Assembly (NCBI GenBank): GCA_017475555.1
Contig: JAFVFL010000025.1
Span: 1-32,000, forward strand
DNA from: Ruminococcus sp.
GTDB lineage: Bacteria > Bacillota > Clostridia > Oscillospirales > Ruminococcaceae
Length of the DNA stretch: 32,000 bases
Direction: 5' to 3'
In this document: positions 1-8,881 of the stretch, piece after piece
Position numbering within the stretch: position 1 is the first letter of the stretch
Layout of the letters: every line of letters begins with the position of its first letter
Program-made: the position numbers and the translations under genes
The notes under the pieces: model-generated
The model's database searches: none
Seen by the model: the letters and a program-made list of their open reading frames with translations, nothing else
Told to the model about the DNA's origin: nothing

Positions 1-2
1 GA

Positions 3-95
3 GATTTAGGTATTCATCATTCTTGTGTTATTGCTTGCTGTAAAGGAAAACACAAAACCGCAGGCGGCTACCACTGGAAGTATGCCGATGAATAA
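3..95 (+). CDS. 3' end of a gene that runs off the window start; the tail resembles the NUMOD-type DNA-binding C-terminus of phage-like homing endonucleases (HNH/GIY-YIG associated)
   Basis: Frame 3 is open from the window edge to TAA at 93-95 and reads DLGIHHSCVIACCKGKHKTAGGYHWKYADE*. I recall the pattern lGi..s.I..cc.Gk.ktagGy.WkY from NUMOD1-like tails. Only 30 aa are visible. Confidence 0.35.
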   Translation, partial: DLGIHHSCVIACCKGKHKTAGGYHWKYADE

Positions 96-825
96 TCGGA
101 TGCTTTTTCAAAAATCAACCGTTTGTTGGGACAGAGCCAATTCATTCATGGATACCGCCAACTACAATTTCGGCAGTGAAAGGGTCAACGCCCTTATCAG
201 CGAGCTGAGCAGCTATTATCACGATGTAACGATAGATACCTATGAACGCTTCTGGTCGAGCTGGCGAGGCGGCGGCATGGGTGAGACAGGGTATAATGAC
301 GAGAAGAACACTATAACCAGCTTCTACAGCAGAAGATACGACCCGGCAGCGGAGTCCATGAAGCGGGCACTCGGTCTGACCGGCAGACGCAGCACCCTGA
401 CGATAAAGGACACCGCCGGTAAGGGCACTATAAGCGTGAACACCATAACTCCTGAGCTTAAAGGCGGTACGTGGAGCGGTCAGTACTTTTCTGATTACCC
501 GGTAACTCTCTCTGCAAAGGCTGAACCGGGCTACAGGGTGACAAGCTGGGAGACAAATGACGGGCGTGCCTATTTCGGGGAAAGCATTGAGCTTTACATC
601 ACCGGTGACGTTACAGTGACCCCCGTGTATGAGGAATCCGGAACGATAGTCGGAGATATAAACAATGACGGTAGCTTCAATACTGCCGACCTTGTAATGC
701 TCAGCAGCTGGCTGCTCGGCAAGACAAAAACTGTCCCCGACTGGCAGGCTGGCGACATATGCTATGATAACAAGCTCGACAGCTTCGACCTGACCGAGAT
801 GAGAAGGCTGCTCATCGGCAGATAA
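25..825 (+). CDS. dockerin type I domain-containing protein with no detectable signal peptide; possibly a 5'-truncated remnant. The upstream part is vaguely CotH-like.
   Basis: The C-terminus has two canonical dockerin Ca-binding repeats: DINNDGSFNTADLVMLSSWLLG and DICYDNKLDSFDLTEMRRLLIG. The same frame has a stop at 7-9. Possible starts are GTG 25, ATG 82/88/103, and none gives a hydrophobic signal sequence. Confidence 0.6.
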   Translation: MLLLAVKENTKPQAATTGSMPMNNRMLFQKSTVCWDRANSFMDTANYNFGSERVNALISELSSYYHDVTIDTYERFWSSWRGGGMGETGYNDEKNTITSFYSRRYDPAAESMKRALGLTGRRSTLTIKDTAGKGTISVNTITPELKGGTWSGQYFSDYPVTLSAKAEPGYRVTSWETNDGRAYFGESIELYITGDVTVTPVYEESGTIVGDINNDGSFNTADLVMLSSWLLGKTKTVPDWQAGDICYDNKLDSFDLTEMRRLLIGR

Positions 826-856
826 ACGGCAGCTGTCAGTCTGAAAAGCCACATAT

Positions 857-905
857 AAAAAAGCATGAGGGAAGCCTTTTTTCAAAGGAGCTTCCCTCAT
901 TTTTG
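857..905. terminator. bidirectional rho-independent terminator between the dockerin ORF (+) and uppP (-)
   Basis: Perfect 11-bp stem ATGAGGGAAGC (865-875) / GCTTCCCTCAT (890-900). It is flanked by an A-run upstream and TTTT downstream. Confidence 0.7.
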
Positions 906-951
906 TGCATGAATAAGCTGTATGGGCAGAACTCTGCCGCCGTATACTCCG

Positions 952-1827
952 TTATCTTACCACTGAAAAATAAACAAGCACTATCGCGCCGAGTATGATC
1001 CTGTACCAGCCAAAGACCTTGAAATCGTGCTTTTTGATATAATCCATGAGAAACTTGATAACGAATATCGAGACAACGAAAGCAACTATCATTCCGACAG
1101 CGAGGACTGCCGCCTGTCCGCCGGTGAAGCCTCCGTCATATTTCAGCAGCTTGAGCAGACTTGCACCGAACATTACCGGTATGGCAAGATAGAACGTAAA
1201 CTCCGCAGCGACTGTACGTGAAATACCTATCAGCAGAGCACCGATTATCGTTGCACCTGAGCGTGACGTACCTGGGAAAAGTGCGGCGATAAGCTGAAAA
1301 ACACCGATGATGAACGCTGCCTTGTATGTGAGCTGGCTGATGTCAGTGACCTTTGGAGAGCGGTTTTTGTTCCAGTTCTCTACAACTATGAAGCCCACGC
1401 CGAATACGATAAGGGCTATCGCCACGACCCACGGATTGTAAAGATGCTCGTCTATCCAGTCATCAAGCAGAAGCCCTATGACAGCTGCCGGGATACACGC
1501 CGCAAGCACCTTGAACCACATCACGAATATATCCGTCTTTACATATGCTCCGAAGCCGTCCTTACTGAGCGGTGCGGAGTTGTTCTTTTTCCCGAACGGC
1601 CACAGCTTCTTCCAGAATATCAGCACCACCGCCAATATTGCACCAAGCTGTATCACAACGTCAAACATCTCGATAAAAGCGTCGTTCACAGCCTTGTCAT
1701 CGCTGACATGGAGATTCAGAAACTCATTCACCAGTATAAGATGACCCGTACTGCTCACCGGCAGCCATTCTGTGATCCCCTCTACTATGCCGAGTATGAT
1801 CGCCTTGAATATTTCCAGTATTTCCAT
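952..1827 (-). CDS. uppP: undecaprenyl-diphosphate phosphatase (BacA/UppP)
   Basis: N-terminus [23 protein letters not shown] and the later [11 protein letters not shown] motif are hallmark UppP motifs. It is a multi-pass membrane protein of 291 aa. Confidence 0.95.
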   Translation of the reverse strand: MEILEIFKAIILGIVEGITEWLPVSSTGHLILVNEFLNLHVSDDKAVNDAFIEMFDVVIQLGAILAVVLIFWKKLWPFGKKNNSAPLSKDGFGAYVKTDIFVMWFKVLAACIPAAVIGLLLDDWIDEHLYNPWVVAIALIVFGVGFIVVENWNKNRSPKVTDISQLTYKAAFIIGVFQLIAALFPGTSRSGATIIGALLIGISRTVAAEFTFYLAIPVMFGASLLKLLKYDGGFTGGQAAVLAVGMIVAFVVSIFVIKFLMDYIKKHDFKVFGWYRIILGAIVLVYFSVVR

Positions 1828-1861
1828 TTATCGTATCCTTTCCTTCAGATGTTTCCTGAAA

Positions 1862-2215
1862 TCATTTGCTTTCAGCTGCGAACTCCTTCCAGAGCTCAGG
1901 CTGCTCACCAATGGCAGCTCTTTTCCCGCTGCGGACTATCGGAGTACGGAGGAGCTGCTGATTCTCAAAGAGCTTCTCCTCACGGTCGCTTTCTATGAGG
2001 TACTTCATCAGCGTGAGGGTCTGCTTATCCTTTGCGGACTCGTTTATCATTGCGTCTGTCCCGCCGGCAGACTGCTTCACGCTGTCGAACTCTCCCCTGC
2101 TCAGCCCTTTTGCCGTCAGGTCGATAAACTGATACCTGATCCCTCTTTCCTTGAAGAATCTCTCAGCCTTTTTCGTCGCCGGGCATTTTTTTGTTCCGAA
2201 TATCTGTATCGCCAT
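1862..2215 (-). CDS. ArsC/Spx/YffB-family thioredoxin-fold protein
   Basis: MAIQIFGTKKCPATKKAERFFKERGIRYQFIDL is the typical ArsC-family N-terminus with a single Cys. It is 117 aa. Its start shares one base with the stop of the upstream GH3 gene. Confidence 0.85.
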   Translation of the reverse strand: MAIQIFGTKKCPATKKAERFFKERGIRYQFIDLTAKGLSRGEFDSVKQSAGGTDAMINESAKDKQTLTLMKYLIESDREEKLFENQQLLRTPIVRSGKRAAIGEQPELWKEFAAESK

Positions 2216-5013
2216 TATTCCTCCTGCTCTGCGTTATTCGCATTCTCAAAGGCAATGTTTATATCCTCTACCTCCTGTGCAAGCCGGAAGCTAATGCTGT
2301 GTAGCTCAATGCTGTCCGCCGGATATTCAAGTCTGAACGCCGTATAATGCGAGAACACCGGCAGCCGTCTTTTGTGCGTCACAGGCTCCCTGTCTGCATT
2401 GCCCCAGTATAGCGTTCCGCTTGCAGTTCCCATAGCATAGAGCGTTACCGGTATCTGCACGGAGGAATTGCTCCCCGATACAGAGGCAGTAAGCTCCGCA
2501 TCATACCAGCCCTGCTTTCCAACGATCAGCACGAAGCTGTGGCGGGTCGTGTTCTTCGTATCAACACCCGAAAGGTCGATAACAAGCTCGTCCGTGAGGG
2601 TGAAATGCTCCGCAGGTGAAGCGGTATTCCTGAACTCCTCCGGTATATTTATTATCTCAGCCTCAGTTTTCTCGCCAAGAAGCCGCCTCATTGCATTGGT
2701 ATTCATCACGAACCGGCATATATTCGCTGCATTTCTTTGCAACTCGCACCTTTTCAGGTCGCCGGACTCAAGTGCCTCAGCTATATTTCCGTCATCTGCC
2801 TCACCGCTCGCACACACCATATACACATCATTCTGAGCCGCAGCCATTGCCGCAAGATCGCTCCTGTCAGCCTCCTGCCCCCTGCGGCTGATATTCGCCC
2901 ACCAGTCGGTCATAGTAAGCCCGGTATATCCCCAGTCTCTGCGGAGGATCGTTGTATTCAGGTCGTAGTTTCCGGCAGTGTACAAGCCGTTCACTTTGCC
3001 GTAGGTCGTCATTATATTATCCGCCTTCCCCAGCTTCACAGGTATCTCAAAGCTGCGGAGATATATCTCCCTGAGGGCTCTCTCAGATACAACAGTATCG
3101 AGGAAGTGGCGGCGTTTTTCCTGATTATTTCCGCAGAAATGCTTTATCGTCCCGGTAACTCCGGAGCTGTGCAGACCTTTAAGCTCTGCCGCAGCCATCA
3201 TTCCGCTGAGGTACGGGTCTTCCGAGAAATATTCAAAATTTCTTCCGTTAAGAGGGTGCCTGTGCAGGTTCATGCCCGGCCCCAGCAGTGAGTCCACCCG
3301 GTTTGCGGACATTTCAAGCCCCAGCAGTGAGAAAAGCTTTTCGGTGAGCTTTTTATTGAACGTCGAAGCTATCATAGTGCCGTTGGTAATGCTGAACGCC
3401 CTCTCACCGCAGTCAAGACGCATTCCGGAGGGGCCGTCATCACAGCACGCTGCCGGTATCCCGAATGCCGCAAGAGAATCAGTAACTCCGCCGTATGCAG
3501 CTGCTGTTCCGGCTGTAACTCTCGGACTTCCCATGCCCTCGCCCCTGATGATACAGCTAAGGTCGTAGTCGGAAAGCTGTGAAATAAAGTCCTCCATAGT
3601 GCTGCTGCCGGAAAGAACGTCCGCAAGCCTTATCCCCTTGTCTCCGGTATACGGCAGCTCAGGGGGAAGATATTCCATGCGTCTTTGCAGCTCATCGACC
3701 TCATTCAGCGGAGTCTCCTCCTCGCCCACAAGCAATCCGTCACCTGCCTGTATGGGGCGTATCCTCCTGAACGGCTCATTCGGTGCAAGTGCCTGCTCAC
3801 ACTCCCTGACCACTATAAGCTCCGGTATCGTAACAGTGTACTTAGGCTGTGCCGAGCGTACATCAGTTCCCACGCAGAATACGTACTCTCCCGGCTCAAG
3901 CACCCAGCAGAAGCGTCTCCCCGAAGCACCGGAATCATCATACGAGGCAAGCTCGTTCAGGTCTGCATGAAGCTCAATTATCTCGCTCTCTCCGGGCGAA
4001 AGAAGCTCTGTCTTTTCAAATCCGCACAGCTGCCGGATCGGCTGACCAAGTGCTCCCTGCGGCTTCTGCACGTAGAGCTGCACAGTCTCCTTTCCGCTGT
4101 ATATGCCGGTATTCGTCACCCTTACGTCAATATCGAGTATGCCGCCCCGCTCCTGCGATTTAGCAACATACACACTGAATGTCGTGTACGAAAGGCCATA
4201 GCCGAAGGGATAGCGTACCCGCTCAGGTCTGAATGTCTCGAACCAACGATAGCCAACGTAGATATCCTCCTTGTAGATATCCTTTATCTCGCTGCCGAAG
4301 TTGCTGTCGGAGGGGTAGTCTGAGATCCTGTACGCTATAGTATCCGGAAGCTTTCCGGACGGGGTCTGCCTTCCCGTGAGGATATCCGCAGCCGCATCAG
4401 CACCGGTTATGCCGCCCTGCCACACTATCAGCAGAGAATCCGGCTTGATATCCTCTATAAAGTCAAGGTCAACAAGTCCGCCGATGTTGAGCAGCACAAC
4501 GACCTTTTCAAATGCTTTACGCACCTTTGTCAGCATATCCTTTTCAGTATCGGTCAGCAGGAACGAGCCCGGCTCTTCACGTGCGTCCATTTCCTCTCCT
4601 GCGGTGCGTCCGATAATAACTATCGCTGTACTGCACCGCCGGGCAGCACCTTCAGCGGCCGTCTCATCAAGCGGCAGTTCCGCCTGCGACCACGGCTCTC
4701 CGCCCCAGCCGCCGCCGAGGTCATACGGATTCTCGCTGTCCCACTTCTTATATATGCCGAGCAGCTCCTCATCTATGACTGCACCGGCGTCCACGAGTGC
4801 CTCAGGAATGGTCTTAACACCCGGTACGTTCACCATTCCGCCCGACCCTGTACCGCTCTTGTAGTAATGCAGCTGTATCCTGCCGAAGACCGCAACAGTT
4901 TCCTCTTTTTTCAGCGGCAGAACAGAGCTGTTGTTCCTGAGCATCACAATACCCTCAGCAGCTGTCTGTCTTGCCGTGTCGCTGTATAATTTCCAGTCAA
5001 GTATCTTATTCAT
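2215..5013 (-). CDS. glycoside hydrolase family 3 beta-glucosidase/beta-xylosidase-like enzyme with permuted domain order
   Basis: GH3 C-domain motifs (VAVFG, IVIIGR, VVVLLNIGG, YPFGYGLSYTTF) and an Fn3-like segment (LYVQKP...QLCGFEKT) come first. The catalytic TIM-barrel motifs follow: DDGPSGMR, GTIKHFCGNNQE and GLTMTDWW, with putative nucleophile Asp703 at nt 2905-2907. Confidence 0.95.
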   Translation of the reverse strand: MNKILDWKLYSDTARQTAAEGIVMLRNNSSVLPLKKEETVAVFGRIQLHYYKSGTGSGGMVNVPGVKTIPEALVDAGAVIDEELLGIYKKWDSENPYDLGGGWGGEPWSQAELPLDETAAEGAARRCSTAIVIIGRTAGEEMDAREEPGSFLLTDTEKDMLTKVRKAFEKVVVLLNIGGLVDLDFIEDIKPDSLLIVWQGGITGADAAADILTGRQTPSGKLPDTIAYRISDYPSDSNFGSEIKDIYKEDIYVGYRWFETFRPERVRYPFGYGLSYTTFSVYVAKSQERGGILDIDVRVTNTGIYSGKETVQLYVQKPQGALGQPIRQLCGFEKTELLSPGESEIIELHADLNELASYDDSGASGRRFCWVLEPGEYVFCVGTDVRSAQPKYTVTIPELIVVRECEQALAPNEPFRRIRPIQAGDGLLVGEEETPLNEVDELQRRMEYLPPELPYTGDKGIRLADVLSGSSTMEDFISQLSDYDLSCIIRGEGMGSPRVTAGTAAAYGGVTDSLAAFGIPAACCDDGPSGMRLDCGERAFSITNGTMIASTFNKKLTEKLFSLLGLEMSANRVDSLLGPGMNLHRHPLNGRNFEYFSEDPYLSGMMAAAELKGLHSSGVTGTIKHFCGNNQEKRRHFLDTVVSERALREIYLRSFEIPVKLGKADNIMTTYGKVNGLYTAGNYDLNTTILRRDWGYTGLTMTDWWANISRRGQEADRSDLAAMAAAQNDVYMVCASGEADDGNIAEALESGDLKRCELQRNAANICRFVMNTNAMRRLLGEKTEAEIINIPEEFRNTASPAEHFTLTDELVIDLSGVDTKNTTRHSFVLIVGKQGWYDAELTASVSGSNSSVQIPVTLYAMGTASGTLYWGNADREPVTHKRRLPVFSHYTAFRLEYPADSIELHSISFRLAQEVEDINIAFENANNAEQEE

Positions 5014-5138
5014 ACGATCACCTCATCACGTCGCCCAAAGGCTGTATATTATGATTATACCAAAAATTCACAAGGATTTCAATAGCTGACGGAAAAAATC
5101 AACGGAAATCAATTTATGGAATTTTTTTAAATAACCTC

Positions 5139-5167
5139 TTGACAAACGCTTTAAAAGGTGCTACAAT
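5139..5167 (+). promoter_or_regulatory. sigma-A type promoter of the GntR-ABC operon
   Basis: TTGACA (5139-5144), a 17-nt spacer ending in TGc, then TACAAT (5162-5167). It lies about 95 nt upstream of the GntR start codon. Confidence 0.6.
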
Positions 5168-5182
5168 GTAAATGTAATAAGC

Positions 5183-5201
5183 GTACTAAGAGTATTAGTA
5201 C
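5183..5201 (+). promoter_or_regulatory. palindromic operator candidate for the YtrA-type GntR autorepressor
   Basis: GTACTAA-gagta-TTAGTAC is a perfect 7-bp inverted repeat. It sits just downstream of the predicted -10 and TSS. Confidence 0.45.
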
Positions 5202-5261
5202 AGAAGTGAGAAACACCGGGCGGCAGCCCATTCCTATGATATTTATGAAAGGAGAAATGCT

Positions 5262-5633
5262 ATGTACTCGATAGACCTCACAAGCAGAGTCCCTATCTAT
5301 GAGCAGATATGCCAGAAGATAACGGGACTTGTCCTGAGCGGAACACTTGCCGAGAACGACCAGCTCCCAAGCGTGCGGAGCTTCGCAAAATCCTCCGGAG
5401 TAAACCCTAATACAGTCGCAAAGGCGTATCAGGAGCTTGAACGAAGCGGGATAATCTACTCCGTCCCCGGCAGGGGGAGCTTCATCTCAAAGCCGGACAG
5501 TGAATCGTTCCAGCGAGCCGCAATGGAAGAATTCGGAAACGCAGCGGCTGCGGCACTGCGCTGCGGGATAACAAAGACAGAGCTTAAAGAGTATATCGAC
5601 CATATTGATGAAAGAAAGGAGAATGAGACATGA
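5262..5633 (+). CDS. GntR-family transcriptional regulator, YtrA subfamily (short effector domain)
   Basis: The winged-HTH motif LPSVRSFAKSSGVNPNTVAKAYQELERSGIIYSVPGRGSFI is present. It is only 123 aa. RBS AAAGGAG. ATGA overlap with the next gene. Confidence 0.9.
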   Translation: MYSIDLTSRVPIYEQICQKITGLVLSGTLAENDQLPSVRSFAKSSGVNPNTVAKAYQELERSGIIYSVPGRGSFISKPDSESFQRAAMEEFGNAAAAALRCGITKTELKEYIDHIDERKENET

Positions 5634-6553
5634 TCGAGCTGAAAAATACGATCAAAAAATTCGACAGCTATACTGCCCTTGACGGGGTGAGCCTCAGTAT
5701 CGAGAGAGGCACGGCATTCGGACTTCTCGGCTCGAACGGAGCCGGAAAATCCACGATACTCCGCCTTTTATCGGGTATCTACAGACCGGAGGGCGGCGAG
5801 GTCATGATAGACGGTGAGAGCGTTTATGACAATCCGGCGATAAAGCAGAAGGTTTTCTTTATCAACGACGAGACTGTGCAGTTCGGGTCATATACCCTTG
5901 CAAAGCTCAGGGACTTCTACAAGAGCTTCTACCCGAATTTCTCCGATGAGATGTTCGAGTCGCTGAGACAGAAGGTAAAGCTGCCGCTTGACAAAAAGAT
6001 AACGACATTCTCAAAGGGTATGAAGCGTCAGGCGATAGTGATAATCGGACTTGCCTGCCGGACGGACTATCTGCTGCTGGACGAGGCTTTTGACGGACTT
6101 GACCCGACAATGCGTATAATCGTGAAGAAAATGCTCGTTGACGCAATGCTCGACAGACAGCTGACGACAGTGATATCCTCGCATAACCTGAAGGAGATAA
6201 ATGAGGTGTGCGACACTGCTGCACTTCTTCATCAGGGGAAGATAATCTTCTCCCGTGAGATAGACAGCATAAAGAGCAGCATACATAAGATACAGGCGGT
6301 ATTCCAGAAAAATGCGGACGGAACACCTGCACAGCTCACGGCTGAGGACTTCCCCGGTCTTGAGATACTGCATTTCGAGAGAAGCCAGAGTATCTACTAC
6401 ATCATCGCAAAGGGCGACGAGGAAACTATCCGGAATGAGCTTGCACCAAAGGAGCCTGCACTGGTTGAGCTTATACCGCTTACGCTTGAAGAAGTATTCA
6501 TCTATGAACTGGAGGTGCTTGGTTATGACAGCAGCGACATCACAGCAGAATAA
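5630..6553 (+). CDS. ABC transporter ATP-binding protein
   Basis: Walker A GSNGAGKST, signature-like FSKGMKRQ and Walker B LLLDEAFDGLD are present. It is translationally coupled to the GntR gene. Confidence 0.95.
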   Translation: MIELKNTIKKFDSYTALDGVSLSIERGTAFGLLGSNGAGKSTILRLLSGIYRPEGGEVMIDGESVYDNPAIKQKVFFINDETVQFGSYTLAKLRDFYKSFYPNFSDEMFESLRQKVKLPLDKKITTFSKGMKRQAIVIIGLACRTDYLLLDEAFDGLDPTMRIIVKKMLVDAMLDRQLTTVISSHNLKEINEVCDTAALLHQGKIIFSREIDSIKSSIHKIQAVFQKNADGTPAQLTAEDFPGLEILHFERSQSIYYIIAKGDEETIRNELAPKEPALVELIPLTLEEVFIYELEVLGYDSSDITAE

Positions 6554-8744
6554 AAGCCTTTTCGGCACACGCTTCCGCACTCAGACCGGCGAAAACAAGA
6601 AGCTTTTCATTATCAATATCATACTTGAGCTTCTCGGACTTCCGGTGCTTGCGGCTATCGGCTGCTACTACGCCTACGTTGAAAAATACGATATACCGTC
6701 ATGGGATCAGCCGGATCTTGACGGACTTTCGGTAGTAGCCCTGATATGTATCATGATAAGCCTCGGTCTTGGCATACTTATCGCACTGAACAGCTTCCGG
6801 TATCTTTATCAGAAAGCCCTGACGGATATGCACTACTCCCTGCCGCTGAATACAAGGCAGCGATTCTTTGCGGACTATCTCTCCGGTCTTTCGATATATC
6901 TGATACCTCCGGTGATCGCCGCTCTGGTGAGCCTTATTATACTGGTGATATCGGATATGTGTATCGCCGACCTCGGTGAGGACTTCTGGAGCGAGGTAAT
7001 GCCTCTGTTCCTGCGGCTCGCTATGATAGTGGTCATCTCCCTTGTGATGTTCTACACCACCTGCGTGCTTGCGATAATCTTCACCGGCAACACCTTTGAG
7101 GCTATACTCAGCACAGTTGCACTGAATGTAATGATACCTGCGGTGATTTTCTGCACATGGATAAATATTGCCTCTGCAACATACTTCGGCATGAGCGGTG
7201 ACGAAATAATCTACAACCTCTTCATGACCTCGACCGACCCGATAGGAAATGCTATCTTTGCGGCAATTACGCTGAATGACTATGATCAAAGCAACATATT
7301 CAGCTCAAAGCTTATCCTCCGCTGGGTCATATACACCGTTATCTTCATTGCACTCTATATCCTCGCCGCTTACCTGCTCTACAAGCACCGCAAGGCTGAG
7401 GACGTTTCAAAGCCCTACGTTTACAAGCTCTATTACTACGTTGTCGTTTTTGCAGCAGTATACTGCATACTCACAGCCTTCCTCGCTTCAGATACGAGCC
7501 TCGGTGCAGGAATACTTATCTGTGCGGTCGGCTGGTTCATCATGTCAGTCATAAGCCGCCGTGGATTCAGGCGTATCTGGGTGGATGCGATCGCATTTGC
7601 CGGAGCTGTGGCTTTAGCTATGGGTATCAATTCCCTGTGCAATGCAACAGACGGCTTCGGAGCTGCAAAGTACGTTCCCGCTGACGGACTTGTTTCCAGT
7701 GTAAATATAAGCATTTACGGAATGGACGTACACATGGACATGAACGTAAAGGACAGAGCGGTCATAGAGGAGGTAACAGGCTTGCAGCAGGAGCTTATCG
7801 ACCTCTACTTCGACCCTCAGAACCACCCACGCAAGACAGCGGAGTACCCTGACCCGAAATCCTCAAAATACAATTCTACCTATATCGAGAATGATTACTC
7901 TACACTCACGATAAAATACATCATGCGGACCGGCAACATCGTTATGCGTTCCTACAGCACAGATACGAGCCTCATGGCTGACCTTACACGGGCACTTATT
8001 TCCTCAGATGAATACGCACGTGACCAGTCTGAGTCACTTATGCTGAACGCTGTGAACACAAATGCACCTCTCTGGTATCATGATATCAAGGATGCAAGAG
8101 AACACGCAAAGGGCGGCACAATAGAGCTGTATGATAAATTCTGTCTTGACAGTCAGATAAAAACTATAAGCATGAGTGACTGTGAGCGGCTCAGAGAGGC
8201 ATATGAGAGCGACCTTAAAAACGTTACCCCGGAGGAGCTGATGAGCGGCAGGGTCTATGGAATGCTCGACTACTCATTCTGGGTACTTGACAGCTTTGAG
8301 AACACTATCGCATTCCTTGATGAGATCGGATTTGAGAAGCCGGATTATGAGGATATCCTATCCGGTCAGTACAGTGCAAGACATACAATATCTATCTATC
8401 CGGATGTATTCATATACTCTGATTACCGCAGCTTCGACTATGACAATTACAATCACAACCATTCTGTTATAGAGCCTGAAGTGATAACAAGGCTCGACCC
8501 GGTATATCACAGCACCGGCTACTATGATGTATACAATGACGAGGCTGAGAACGAGCCGACACTGAGCCTGAATACAATATCTGTCGAGGAGGACACAGAT
8601 CTTCAGGAGCTGCTTGAGGCTGCTTCACCGGTGATAATCGGTGAGATGCCCGGTGCGGTAGTTGTCATCAACGAGCAGGCATATTACATTCTCCCTGAGG
8701 ACAAGGAGCTTGCCGAAAAAGTTTATAACGAGTATTTCGGCTGA
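6525..8744 (+). CDS. ABC-2-like multi-pass membrane protein with a large uncharacterised C-terminal domain (739 aa)
   Basis: ATG 6525 is preceded by GGAGG (6512-6516). Everything upstream in the ORF lies inside the ATPase gene. There are about 10 hydrophobic spans up to about aa 470, then about 370 hydrophilic aa with no motif I recognise. Confidence 0.8.
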   Translation: MTAATSQQNKSLFGTRFRTQTGENKKLFIINIILELLGLPVLAAIGCYYAYVEKYDIPSWDQPDLDGLSVVALICIMISLGLGILIALNSFRYLYQKALTDMHYSLPLNTRQRFFADYLSGLSIYLIPPVIAALVSLIILVISDMCIADLGEDFWSEVMPLFLRLAMIVVISLVMFYTTCVLAIIFTGNTFEAILSTVALNVMIPAVIFCTWINIASATYFGMSGDEIIYNLFMTSTDPIGNAIFAAITLNDYDQSNIFSSKLILRWVIYTVIFIALYILAAYLLYKHRKAEDVSKPYVYKLYYYVVVFAAVYCILTAFLASDTSLGAGILICAVGWFIMSVISRRGFRRIWVDAIAFAGAVALAMGINSLCNATDGFGAAKYVPADGLVSSVNISIYGMDVHMDMNVKDRAVIEEVTGLQQELIDLYFDPQNHPRKTAEYPDPKSSKYNSTYIENDYSTLTIKYIMRTGNIVMRSYSTDTSLMADLTRALISSDEYARDQSESLMLNAVNTNAPLWYHDIKDAREHAKGGTIELYDKFCLDSQIKTISMSDCERLREAYESDLKNVTPEELMSGRVYGMLDYSFWVLDSFENTIAFLDEIGFEKPDYEDILSGQYSARHTISIYPDVFIYSDYRSFDYDNYNHNHSVIEPEVITRLDPVYHSTGYYDVYNDEAENEPTLSLNTISVEEDTDLQELLEAASPVIIGEMPGAVVVINEQAYYILPEDKELAEKVYNEYFG

Positions 8745-8828
8745 TAAAGGAGCTGTACCGTACAAGCTCTGATAATACTTATCAATACAATACCCGGAGC
8801 TTAAAAAGTATACCCATATAGAAGTTTT

Positions 8829-8858
8829 GCCCCGAAGCGTTTCAAAGTGCTTCGGGGC
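8829..8858 (+). terminator. stem-loop terminator candidate after the ABC operon
   Basis: GCCCCGAAGC (8829-8838) / GCTTCGGGGC (8849-8858) form a perfect 10-bp GC-rich stem. The downstream T-tract is weak. Confidence 0.6.
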
Positions 8859-8881
8859 ATTGTATTAATTTGCCTGCTAAG

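Noticed and set aside
142-900. There are long antisense or alternative-frame ORFs inside real genes: 142-900(-), 1444-1998(+), 1772-2347(+), 3685-4323(+), 6011-6580(-), 6699-7289(-), 10841-11338(+), 12629-13141(+), 13173-13796(+), 15575-16171(+), 19028-19504(+), 20348-20851(-), 22285-22878(-), 23595-24209(+), 25053-26117(+) and 28509-29231(+).
   Set aside because: Each is fully shadowed by a gene with clear family motifs on the other strand or frame. Their composition is skewed (Arg/Ser/Cys/His-rich). They have no RBS and no recognisable motifs.
6312-6524. The ORF track gives an upstream extension of the membrane-protein ORF, starting at 6312.
   Set aside because: The extension lies entirely inside the ABC ATPase gene in another frame and has an Arg/Ser-rich composition. 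ATG 6525 with a GGAGG RBS is the credible start.
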